Shown here: piece by piece, positions 15,801 through 23,965 of the stretch
Layout of the letters: each line of letters starts with the position of its first letter
Position numbering within the stretch: the first letter of the stretch is position 1
Assembly: GCA_964548195.1 (NCBI GenBank)
Contig: CAZJQC010000016.1
Coordinates: forward strand, 1-27,726
Direction of reading: 5' to 3'
Source of the DNA: an uncultured bacterium
GTDB taxonomy: Bacteria; Macinerneyibacteriota; Macinerneyibacteria; Macinerneyibacteriales; DSCS01
DNA length: 27,726 nucleotides
Notes under the pieces: model-generated
What the model was told of the DNA's origin: nothing
What the model saw: the letters and a program-made list of their open reading frames with translations, nothing else
Database searches by the model: none
Translations under genes and position numbers: made by a program

Positions 15801-16413
15801 ATATTGGTTCACAGGTTTTCTCCAGATCGTCTCGTTTATAGTCCTTATGCCTATTTTTTGTATTATTTTCGATATCAAGCTGCGCAAGCTTGGCCCTCTG
15901 AGGTTCAAGGGCGCCACAATATATGCGTCCGGCCACAGGACGTGGATAGACCCGCCGTTGATAGGCATTCTGATACCCCGGGCGGTCGCTTTGGTGGCCA
16001 AGGCGGAACTCTTTAAAAATCCCGCCATGGGGTTGCTTATCAGAAGTCTTGGCGCTTTCCCGGTGAACAGGGCGCTCTTTGACATGAAAAGTTTCGCCAT
16101 GATGTTCAGGGTGCTTGACGAGGGAAGGGGACTCGTGATCTTTCCCGAGGGGACGCGCAACCGGGAGAACACGGTGCGCGACGGAAAACCTGGTATAGGC
16201 TATCTGCTGAAAAAACGAGCCGGGACCGTAGTGGTGCCGATACGTGTATTCACGGGCAGGGGAGGCCTGTTGGGCAGGCGGTATTTCAGGGTCATATTCG
16301 GCCGTGCCTTCTGCGTGAATGCGAACATGTTTGATCATATCGAGGAAAAGGCTTCCTACAAGAGGATGGCAATGGTCGTCACAGATAATATCAGGAGTCT
16401 GGAATGGGACTGA
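15790..16413 (+). CDS. plsC: 1-acyl-sn-glycerol-3-phosphate acyltransferase (PlsC family)
   Basis: HxxxxD motif 'HRTWID', 'AKAELF', 'GAFPVNR', 'FPEGTR'. Start ATG 15790 or GTG 15784. Confidence 0.88.
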   Translation: MKIKYWFTGFLQIVSFIVLMPIFCIIFDIKLRKLGPLRFKGATIYASGHRTWIDPPLIGILIPRAVALVAKAELFKNPAMGLLIRSLGAFPVNRALFDMKSFAMMFRVLDEGRGLVIFPEGTRNRENTVRDGKPGIGYLLKKRAGTVVVPIRVFTGRGGLLGRRYFRVIFGRAFCVNANMFDHIEEKASYKRMAMVVTDNIRSLEWD

Positions 16414-17243
16414 TAGTGTCCGGTTCCGCCGGGTTCTGCTACGGGGTAAAACGGGCCCTGGCCATAATAGAAAAAGAAAAAACCCGGCATGAGCGCCTGT
16501 ACACATACGGGCCACTGATACATAATCCCGCTGTAATACGCAGACTTGAAGAGGAGGACGTTATTCCCACGGAGGATTTTTCCGGACTTGCCTGCGGCCA
16601 GCCCATAGTGCTGAGAACACACGGCATAGAGAGGGAAACAGAATCTGAGATGCGCGCTATGGGCCTCTGCATAGTGGATACCACTTGCCCGTTTGTAAAA
16701 AACGCGCAGAACAAGGCGGCGAGCCTTGCCGCAGCGGGTTATCAGGTCAATATCTTCGGCGATCCCTTTCACCCCGAAGTCAGGTCCATATTGAGTTATG
16801 CCGGCCCGGCAGGCCGCATAGTCTCGGGTCTTTCGGATGTGCCCGGCTCGCCGGCTGCAAAGACCGGACTCCTGTCGCAGACTACCAGTAATAAATGTGA
16901 TTTTTCAAAGATATGCGCTCTTTTTTCTGAAAACGCCGGAGAATTGAGGATATTTAACACCATATGCAGTGCTACCTTTGAAAGGCAGAAGGATACTGTT
17001 GAAATTGCGCAAAAAGTGGATTTTATGATAATAGTAGGCGGCAAAAACAGTGCGAACACAAACAGGCTCAGGGAACTTGCGGAACGCTATGTGCCTTCAA
17101 AACATATTGAAAGCGCGGACGAACTTACAGTTGACGAATTAAGAAAGTATGCTACAATCGGGATAACTGCAGGAGCTTCAACACCCGATTTCAGTATCGG
17201 TGAAGTAATAGATTTTGTAAACCGTATAGTGGGGGGTAATTAA
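16404..17243 (+). CDS. ispH: 4-hydroxy-3-methylbut-2-enyl diphosphate reductase
   Basis: Three Fe-S cysteines 'GFCYGV', 'TCPFV', 'TICSAT'; 'HPEV', 'SQTT', 'SAN', 'TAGASTP'. Confidence 0.97.
   Translation: MGLIVSGSAGFCYGVKRALAIIEKEKTRHERLYTYGPLIHNPAVIRRLEEEDVIPTEDFSGLACGQPIVLRTHGIERETESEMRAMGLCIVDTTCPFVKNAQNKAASLAAAGYQVNIFGDPFHPEVRSILSYAGPAGRIVSGLSDVPGSPAAKTGLLSQTTSNKCDFSKICALFSENAGELRIFNTICSATFERQKDTVEIAQKVDFMIIVGGKNSANTNRLRELAERYVPSKHIESADELTVDELRKYATIGITAGASTPDFSIGEVIDFVNRIVGGN
17131..17158 (+). promoter_or_regulatory. Internal promoter for rpsA inside ispH (TTGACG-16-TACAAT, extended TG)
   Basis: ttgacg 17131-17136; tg-c-tacaat ending 17158. Confidence 0.6.
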
Positions 17244-17245
17244 CT

Positions 17246-18979
17246 ATGATGGAAGAAAACATGAAAAATGACGGATTCGAGAACGAAGAACTGCTCAACA
17301 TGGAAGAGCTCTATGCTGCTTCGTTTAAGGATCTGAAACCCGGCACCGTAGTGGACGGTGTCATTGTGAAAATCATGGGCAACGAAGTTCTCGTTGATAT
17401 CGGCTATAAGGCTGAGGGCGTGGTGCCTCTTAACGAGTTCCATGATTCAGATGAACTTAAGGAAGGCGACGAAGTCAGAGTGCTGCTCGAGTCTACCGAC
17501 GATCAGGAAGGGCTTGTGAAGCTGTCGAAGATCAAAGCCGATTATATCGAGGCATGGGGTGTCCTGGAAGACCGCTTCAGAAGAGATGAAGTGATCGAAG
17601 GGTTCATCAAAAAGCGTGTCAAGGGCGGCTTTATCGTCAACATAGGCGTGCCGGCATTTTTGCCCGCGTCTCAGCTGGATGTTAAGCTTGTCAAGGACCT
17701 GGACGCTTTCGTGAGCCAGAAGATCGAAGTCAAAATACTTAAGATGAATAAAAAGAGACGCAATATAGTCGTTTCAAGAAGAGTCATACTTGAGGATCAG
17801 TTAAAGAAGATGAAGGAAGATATTGACAACAAGATCCATGTCGGCGCCGTGCTGCCGGGACGAGTGAAAAACATAACCAATTTCGGGGCGTTCATAGATC
17901 TGGGAGGCATTGACGGCCTTCTCCACATGAATGATATCAGCTGGAAAAAAGTCAACCACCCCAGCGATGTGCTTTCTGTCGGCGATGACGTGATGGTCAA
18001 GGTGCTTGATTATGATGAAAAAAACAACCGCATCTCTCTCAGCAAGAAGGAACTGGAAAACAATCCCTGGGATGAGATCTCCGGGAAATATAAGGATGGC
18101 GACATCGTCGAGGGCACCGTGGTATCGATCGTTGAATACGGCGCTTTCGTTGAGATCGAGCCGGGAGTAGAAGGACTTGTCCATATTTCCGAGATGTCCT
18201 GGGAGAAGAACCTGAAGACGCCTTCACAGATAATGAACGAAGGCGATAAACGCCAGGTGATGATCTTAAAGATGGATGTGGACAATAAAAAAATATCATT
18301 GGGTATCAAACAAGTGGATGGCGATCCCTGGGTGAAACTGGGCGAGCGTTTTCATGACGGCGATGAGGTAGAGGGAACAATAAAGAACCTGACCGATTTC
18401 GGCGCTTTCGTGGAGATCGTACCCGGCGTTGAAGGTCTGCTTCATGTGTCCGACATATCCTGGGACAGGGTTGAAAAACCTCAGGACGTCCTTAAGGTCG
18501 GCGATACCGTTACCGTGAAGATATTGAGGATCAATGAAGATGAAAGAAAAGTCGCGTTGGGGATCAAGCAGACTCTCCCGAATCCCTGGGATGAGAGCAT
18601 GTCCGACTACGCGGTGGGCGATATTGTCAAAGTCACCGTGACAAAAGTGACCAAGAATAACGCCATCTGTGCGCTCGAAAACGGCATAGAGGGCTTCCTT
18701 CCCATTTCCCAGATAGACACCAAACGTGTCGAAAAGGTCGAGGATTATATCAACGTGGGGGATGAGGTCGAAGTCAAGATAATAAAGATAATGAAAAACG
18801 AGCGAAAGATCGACTTCAGCATCAAAGCGATGAAACAGGATGCCGAAAAACAGATCATGCGCGAGATGAAAGGCGAAGCGGCCAATAACAACATGGTGTC
18901 ACTCAAAGACGTGCTGGAGACATCGATCGCCGAAGCCGAAGAAGAAGCAAAGGAAGAAAACGAAAAAAACGAAAAGTAA
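17246..18979 (+). CDS. rpsA: 30S ribosomal protein S1 (six S1 domains)
   Basis: Repeated 'FGAF.....G..GL.H.S/N(D/E).SW' S1 repeats; 'DIGYKAEG', 'AFLPASQLD'; 577 aa. Confidence 0.98.
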   Translation: MMEENMKNDGFENEELLNMEELYAASFKDLKPGTVVDGVIVKIMGNEVLVDIGYKAEGVVPLNEFHDSDELKEGDEVRVLLESTDDQEGLVKLSKIKADYIEAWGVLEDRFRRDEVIEGFIKKRVKGGFIVNIGVPAFLPASQLDVKLVKDLDAFVSQKIEVKILKMNKKRRNIVVSRRVILEDQLKKMKEDIDNKIHVGAVLPGRVKNITNFGAFIDLGGIDGLLHMNDISWKKVNHPSDVLSVGDDVMVKVLDYDEKNNRISLSKKELENNPWDEISGKYKDGDIVEGTVVSIVEYGAFVEIEPGVEGLVHISEMSWEKNLKTPSQIMNEGDKRQVMILKMDVDNKKISLGIKQVDGDPWVKLGERFHDGDEVEGTIKNLTDFGAFVEIVPGVEGLLHVSDISWDRVEKPQDVLKVGDTVTVKILRINEDERKVALGIKQTLPNPWDESMSDYAVGDIVKVTVTKVTKNNAICALENGIEGFLPISQIDTKRVEKVEDYINVGDEVEVKIIKIMKNERKIDFSIKAMKQDAEKQIMREMKGEAANNNMVSLKDVLETSIAEAEEEAKEENEKNEK

Positions 18980-18997
18980 TATAAGTTCTCATGTTTC

Positions 18998-19022
18998 GGG
19001 GGCGCAAAGCGCCCCCTTTCTT
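18998..19022 (+). terminator. Intrinsic terminator after rpsA
   Basis: GGGGGCGC-aaa-GCGCCCCC perfect 8-bp stem followed by TTTCTT. Confidence 0.8.
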
Positions 19023-19652
19023 ATGGATAAATGCAAACTGTTACTGAATGAAATATCTGCGACAGTCGGGGAACCCCGCATTGAACTTCGATTTGACGGA
19101 GAGTGGCAGCTTCTTGTGGCGGTCATACTCTCCGCCCAATGTACAGATGCCAGGGTGAACAAGGTCACCGAAAATTTGTTTAGCCGTTACCCTGATATAC
19201 GCGATTACACATCGATCGATCCCGAAGAATTGCGTACATACATCTATTCCACCGGATTCTATAAAAATAAAGCCAAAAATATCGTAGGGGCCGCCCGTCA
19301 TATTTGTGAGCATCATCACTGCCGCGTGCCTTCCTCTATGGATATGCTTGTGAAAATTCCCGGAGTGGGACGGAAGACGGCCAATGTAATACTCTCCGCG
19401 ACACACAGCGAGGCCGAAGGCATCGTGGTGGACACCCATGTGCGGCGTGTTTCGAAACGGCTTGGCTTTACGGAATCGGACAACCCTGTCACAATTGAAA
19501 AAGACCTTATGAGCGCCTTCCCGAAGCGTCATTGGAAGACATTGAGCATGGGGCTCGTGCTTTTCGGGCGCTATGTCTGCAAGGCGAGAAATCCCGCATG
19601 CCTGTCATGCGGGATGAAAAAGTATTGCGAGTATTATGCTGCTGTTAAATAA
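19023..19652 (+). CDS. nth: Endonuclease III
   Basis: 'LSAQCTD..VN', 'GFYKNKA', HhH 'PGVGRKTANV', 'VDTHV.R', Fe-S motif C-x6-C-x2-C-x5-C. Confidence 0.96.
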   Translation: MDKCKLLLNEISATVGEPRIELRFDGEWQLLVAVILSAQCTDARVNKVTENLFSRYPDIRDYTSIDPEELRTYIYSTGFYKNKAKNIVGAARHICEHHHCRVPSSMDMLVKIPGVGRKTANVILSATHSEAEGIVVDTHVRRVSKRLGFTESDNPVTIEKDLMSAFPKRHWKTLSMGLVLFGRYVCKARNPACLSCGMKKYCEYYAAVK

Positions 19653-20268
19653 GACCGGCTTTTTCAGCCTCTTTCTACTTATGATCACATCCGCGCCGCC
19701 TGCGGCCGCAGAGGACTATCCGTTACGGTCGTCTGTCATTTTCGTGAACGACGGGGATACGCTCAGGCTCTCCGATGGAAAATATGTACGGCTTGTGGGA
19801 ATCGATACGCCGGAAAAAGACGAGGAGTTTTACAAAGACGCCAAAAGATTATGCGAGCGGGCGGTGTTGGACAAGAGAGTGCGACTGGAATATGACCGGG
19901 AAAAAAAAGACCGTTACGGACGATTGCTGGCGTATGTCTTTTTTGAAGACGGGGGGAGCGAATATATGCTTAATATCCGTATCCTTGAAGAGGGATTGGG
20001 CCATATCTATCATAAAAGGGGCCGGCTCAGACACCATGACCGCATGCTTGAGGCGCAGCGTAGAGCGTTGGTCTCATTCAGAGGCATATGGCGTTTGAAG
20101 CTTTCGGACACCGAGGACCATTACATAAGCTCAAAAAAATCAGCTGTGTTTCATCGCCCCCGATGCAGATGGGCGGGGATGATAAAGGCTGAAAATGCCG
20201 TCGTATACAGGCGCAAGATCGATGCTTACTGGGACGGGCTCTCACCCTGCAGGGGGTGTTCCCCTTGA
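19636..20268 (+). CDS. Exported thermonuclease (SNase-like) with C-terminal Ada-like metal-binding domain
   Basis: Signal peptide; 'DGDT', 'VRLVGIDTPE', 'DRYGRLLAYV', 'RGIW'; tail 'FHRPRC...PCRGCSP'. Confidence 0.88.
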   Translation: MLLLNKTGFFSLFLLMITSAPPAAAEDYPLRSSVIFVNDGDTLRLSDGKYVRLVGIDTPEKDEEFYKDAKRLCERAVLDKRVRLEYDREKKDRYGRLLAYVFFEDGGSEYMLNIRILEEGLGHIYHKRGRLRHHDRMLEAQRRALVSFRGIWRLKLSDTEDHYISSKKSAVFHRPRCRWAGMIKAENAVVYRRKIDAYWDGLSPCRGCSP

Positions 20269-21038
20269 AAGAGCGGGTCTTCATAAGCGGGGCGTCGTCC
20301 GGCATAGGATTGTCGCTGGCTGAGGTGTTCGCGGCAAAAGGGCATGGCCTGTTTCTGGCCGCCCGTAAACCGGATGCGCTTGCGAAAGCTGCAGACGCGC
20401 TGAGAAAATATGGGACATCGGTTCTTTATGAAGCTCTGGACATGACGGATGACGAGGCAGTCAACGCCATGTTCGCAAAATGGCAGGATGACGCCGACGC
20501 GCCGGGTATTTTTATCAATAACGCCGGCTGCGGATATTACGGCCCGTTTGATGTCATCCCTCAGCCGGCTACGGACGGGATGATAGATCTGAACATACTC
20601 GCTTTGACCCGCGCCACCGTCCTGGAGACCCGATTGCTCAGGGTAAAAGGGGGGGGCCATATCATGAACGTCGCCTCGACAGCGTCCTTTCAGCCGGGGC
20701 CTTTTTCAGCCGTTTATTACGCCTCAAAAAGCTATGTTTTGAATTTTTCCATCGCCGCAAGGCGGGAATTGCGTGATTCGGGCATAATCATATCACTTTT
20801 TTGCCCGGGCCCCACCCGCACCCCGTTTCACGCCAAGGCGGGTCTCAGCGCCTCAAGACCGGTGCGCATGATGGAACCGCATAAAGCTGCAGAGCATTGT
20901 TACAAGGCTTTTATAAAAGGCAAGGCAGTGATCATACCCGGGTTGCGCAATAAAATATTGGTCTCCGCGGGGAAGATCCTTCCGCGGAGACTCCTGCTGA
21001 ACATATTGGAAAAGGTCAATGCTAAATATCAGGCCTGA
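20256..21038 (+). CDS. Short-chain dehydrogenase/reductase
   Basis: 'SGASSGIG', 'NNAG', 'NVAS', YxxxK 'YYASK', 'CPGPTRT'. Confidence 0.92.
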   Translation: MFPLKERVFISGASSGIGLSLAEVFAAKGHGLFLAARKPDALAKAADALRKYGTSVLYEALDMTDDEAVNAMFAKWQDDADAPGIFINNAGCGYYGPFDVIPQPATDGMIDLNILALTRATVLETRLLRVKGGGHIMNVASTASFQPGPFSAVYYASKSYVLNFSIAARRELRDSGIIISLFCPGPTRTPFHAKAGLSASRPVRMMEPHKAAEHCYKAFIKGKAVIIPGLRNKILVSAGKILPRRLLLNILEKVNAKYQA

Positions 21039-22759
21039 TATTTTTTGTATTCATCGCTTATTTTACCTGCGATGAACTCTACGCATTCATCGAGAGGGAC
21101 CATGTGTGAGGTCTCCCCGCCCCTGTGCTTGAACTCGGCGACGCCGTTATCGATATTCTTTTTTGAGATCACGACCCTAAGCGGTATGCCGATAAGGTCC
21201 GCCTCGCTGAACTGAGAACCGGGACTTTCGTTGCGGTCGTCGAACAGTACCTCTATGCCCCGTGCAGACAGGTCTTTGTACAGCTGTTCCGCTGTCTTTT
21301 TAACGCTCTCATCCTTGATCTTCAAGGCATTCAGATGTACTTCATAAGGTGAGACAGTGATAGGCCATATCGGGCCGTAATCGTCATGGTTGTCCTCAAT
21401 TACGGTAGATATCAGACGTCCGACTCCTATGCCGTATGAAGCCATGATCAAATCCCTTGCGCGTCCGGTCTCGTCAAGATATGCGGCGTTCATAGGGGCC
21501 GAATATTTTGTGCCGAGCTGGAAAATATTGCCGATCTCTATGCCCCGGGTCACACTGAGCGGTTTTCCGCATTGAGGACAGGGATCGCCGTTTTCAACGG
21601 TGTAGAGATCGGCTGTCTCAAAATCTGTTTTCAGATCCCGTGAGGGACAAAACCCTGTCAGATGATGATCAGGCTCATTCGCGCCGCAGACATAACAGCC
21701 GTATCCGTCAATTGACTGATCCACTATTGTGCGGACGTCATCCGGGTTCATTCCGAGCGGTGATGCATAACCCGGAACCGATCCCGCGGAAATAATATCC
21801 TCGTCGCCGGCAGGTCTCAGTTCCCCGATTCCCAGATAATTGCGAAGTTTTGTCTCGTTGACATCCTTGTCGCCGCGTATCAGTACAAGTATGAGGGCGC
21901 CGTTGAAGGTATAAAATACCGATTTCGCCGATTCCGCCGCTGAAACATTCAGGAATGCGGCCACCTCGTCTATCGTTTTTTTGCCGGGCGTATGGACACG
22001 GGCGAGCTCGTCGCATGTTCCGCTAGCGGAATGTGGCATGGCGCATTGAGCTATTTCCTTGTTCGCCTTGTAACCGCAGGCTTCGCATAATATGAGGGTG
22101 TCTTCACCCATCTCATTTAAGGCCATGAATTCATGCGAGACCCCTCCGCCCATTATGCCGGAATCGGATTTCACTGATATAAAGTTTTTCAGTCCCGTTT
22201 TTTTAAATATATGCTCATAGGCCACATGCATCACGGAATAAAAGCCCTCAAGGTCTTTTTCATCCGCATGGAAGGAATATGCGTCCTTCATGGTGAACTC
22301 CCTGACTCGTATAAGTCCCCCGCGGCTTCTGGCTTCGTCCCTGAACTTGGTCTGTATCTGATAGATCATAAAGGGAAGCTGTTTGTAGGAAGAGATATCA
22401 TTGCGCACCAGGTGTACGGCGGCCTCCTCATGCGTCATTGCCAGGACGTTCTCTTTCCCGGCCCTGTCCACAAATCTGAGCAGTGATGCGTCGATGGAGT
22501 CATATCTGCCTGTCTCCTTCCAGAGCTCTGCGGGATGCACGACCGGCATTGAGACTTCCTGACCGCCCGCTGCATCCATATATCCGCGTATGATATTCTC
22601 GATTTTCTCTTTTACGCGCTGCCCCAGCGGCAGGAAAGAGTATGTCCCTGCTGACAGCTGACGTATGTATCCGCCCCGGATCAGATATTTATGGCTCACC
22701 ATCTGCGCGTCTTTGGGGTCTTCCTTAAGTCTTTTTCCGAGCAGGCTGCTCATCCTCAT
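21029..22759 (-). CDS. proS: Proline--tRNA ligase (bacterial type with INS editing domain)
   Basis: 'THEE', 'KFRDEAR.RGGLIRVREF.MKDAYSF', 'SHEF', 'GIEIGNIFQLGTKYS', 'YGIGVGR', 'DDR', 'ADLIGIP'; SD aaggagg. Confidence 0.98.
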   Translation of the reverse strand: MRMSSLLGKRLKEDPKDAQMVSHKYLIRGGYIRQLSAGTYSFLPLGQRVKEKIENIIRGYMDAAGGQEVSMPVVHPAELWKETGRYDSIDASLLRFVDRAGKENVLAMTHEEAAVHLVRNDISSYKQLPFMIYQIQTKFRDEARSRGGLIRVREFTMKDAYSFHADEKDLEGFYSVMHVAYEHIFKKTGLKNFISVKSDSGIMGGGVSHEFMALNEMGEDTLILCEACGYKANKEIAQCAMPHSASGTCDELARVHTPGKKTIDEVAAFLNVSAAESAKSVFYTFNGALILVLIRGDKDVNETKLRNYLGIGELRPAGDEDIISAGSVPGYASPLGMNPDDVRTIVDQSIDGYGCYVCGANEPDHHLTGFCPSRDLKTDFETADLYTVENGDPCPQCGKPLSVTRGIEIGNIFQLGTKYSAPMNAAYLDETGRARDLIMASYGIGVGRLISTVIEDNHDDYGPIWPITVSPYEVHLNALKIKDESVKKTAEQLYKDLSARGIEVLFDDRNESPGSQFSEADLIGIPLRVVISKKNIDNGVAEFKHRGGETSHMVPLDECVEFIAGKISDEYKKYQA

Positions 22760-22785
22760 AGCGTTCCTCCTTGATAATGTAAGAA

Positions 22786-22813
22786 ACTATAGCGTATTGC
22801 CGCAATATTACAA
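22786..22813 (-). promoter_or_regulatory. proS promoter TTGTAA-16-TATAGT with palindromic spacer
   Basis: Minus strand TTGTAA tattgcggcaatacgc TATAGT. Confidence 0.55.
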
Positions 22814-22815
22814 GT

Positions 22816-23508
22816 TCAATCATCCCGGCGTTCCGTCAGTGTGATGGAAATATCGGGAGTGAACGATTCAAGCACAGCTTTCGTCAGGAGGCCGGAATGA
22901 TCGAAGTACAAAACGGCCGACCCCGAGTTCCAGAAAAGCTCCTTCAAGAGAATATCGTCATATCGTGATTTGACAAGATAAAAAGGGGAGATGTTCTTAA
23001 ATGTGAGGCGGTAAGCGACATATTGATCATCCGTTTTGAGTCTGGAGACGCGCACCTGCCATAATGTGTCGCAGGAAACCGATGTGAGCGTGATCTCTTC
23101 CTGCGGCAAGGTATTGCCGATCAGGCGGATGATAGAGAACAGGGTGTGGGTATCATCTTTCCCGTGCAGATATATCTTCCCGTCGCCTATGTGGAAAAGA
23201 CCGAGAAATATATTGTAATGGTGGTCATTGCCCTCGCGGTCCAGCCGCTTTTCAAGCAATACCGGCAACCCCGTCATGCTGTCTGTCAGAGAAAAATAAC
23301 TGATATGCACGGGGTGTATCAGGTCGGCGAGCCCCCCGGTGTCCAGTGTCATGAAAAAGGAATCGAATGTCCCCGTGCCGACTCTGATGGTTGCCTTTGC
23401 AAAATTCATGCCCAGGGCTCTGACATTGTAACACAGCAACTCGGGCAGAGCGTGAACAGGGAAAAATATAGCGAAAAGTATCAGCCACATAAGACGCTTC
23501 AGGGACAT
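22816..23508 (-). CDS. Exported hypothetical protein, DUF3108-like
   Basis: Signal peptide ending 'VHA'; 'LCYNV..LG...AKATI.V', 'TGGLADLIHPV...Y.S..D' resembles DUF3108 N-terminus. Start 23508 preferred (promoter geometry); ORF track start is 23523. Confidence 0.55.
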   Translation of the reverse strand: MSLKRLMWLILFAIFFPVHALPELLCYNVRALGMNFAKATIRVGTGTFDSFFMTLDTGGLADLIHPVHISYFSLTDSMTGLPVLLEKRLDREGNDHHYNIFLGLFHIGDGKIYLHGKDDTHTLFSIIRLIGNTLPQEEITLTSVSCDTLWQVRVSRLKTDDQYVAYRLTFKNISPFYLVKSRYDDILLKELFWNSGSAVLYFDHSGLLTKAVLESFTPDISITLTERRDD

Positions 23509-23513
23509 GGACA

Positions 23514-23542
23514 ATTTTAGCATATTTAAGAGCTCAGGTGAA
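23514..23542 (-). promoter_or_regulatory. Promoter TTCACC-17-TAAAAT with extended TG, 5 nt upstream of ATG 23508
   Basis: Minus strand TTCACC tgagctcttaaatatgc TAAAAT tgtcc ATG. Confidence 0.5.
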
Positions 23543-23560
23543 GAGCGCTTTAATTAATTG

Positions 23561-23589
23561 TTGATAAGGTCGGCCTTTTTATATATATT
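23561..23589 (+). promoter_or_regulatory. panD operon promoter TTGATA-17-TATATT
   Basis: ttgata 23561-23566, tatatt 23584-23589, SD aagggag 23597-23603. Confidence 0.55.
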
Positions 23590-23608
23590 TGTCAGGAAGG
23601 GAGTTCAT

Positions 23609-23965
23609 ATGTTGATAGAAACCATGGTGGGAAAACTGCATAAGGCGCGTATCACCTACGCCCATCTAGATTATGAAGGAAGTATCACAATAGATGAGGA
23701 CCTTATTGACATGGTGGGTTTTAAGGCCGGACAAAAGGTCCAGGTTGTAAACAAAAATAACGGTGAAAGGCTGGAGACATATATCATAAAGGGCGAAAGA
23801 GGCAAACGAGAGATCGGCCTCAATGGCCCCGCAGCCAGAAAAGGCATGGTCGGCGATGAGATCGTGATCATTGCCTATGGCTTTTTGACTCCCGAGGAAG
23901 CTGAAATATTCAAACCCAAAGTGCTTATTCTGGGGGACAATAATGATATAATCAGAGCCTTATGA
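23609..23965 (+). CDS. panD: Aspartate 1-decarboxylase
   Basis: 'KLH.A..T...L.YEGSITID' with Gly-Ser autocleavage site, 'NGERLETY', 'NGPAAR'. Start ATG 23609 after SD. Confidence 0.96.
   Translation: MLIETMVGKLHKARITYAHLDYEGSITIDEDLIDMVGFKAGQKVQVVNKNNGERLETYIIKGERGKREIGLNGPAARKGMVGDEIVIIAYGFLTPEEAEIFKPKVLILGDNNDIIRAL

Noticed and set aside
15655..16515. 286-aa antisense ORF over cmk/plsC/ispH
   Set aside because: Shadow ORF; no motifs or expression signals.
17230..17250. IspH-S1 fusion by readthrough or frameshift, as in clostridial fusions
   Set aside because: ispH ends in TAA, rpsA is in another frame with its own candidate promoter, and no convincing slippery site plus structure is visible.
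17800..18600. Repeated DNA such as 'ttcggcgctttcgt' and 'atccctggga' in rpsA
   Set aside because: Explained by S1 domain repeats; not a CRISPR array or mobile repeat.
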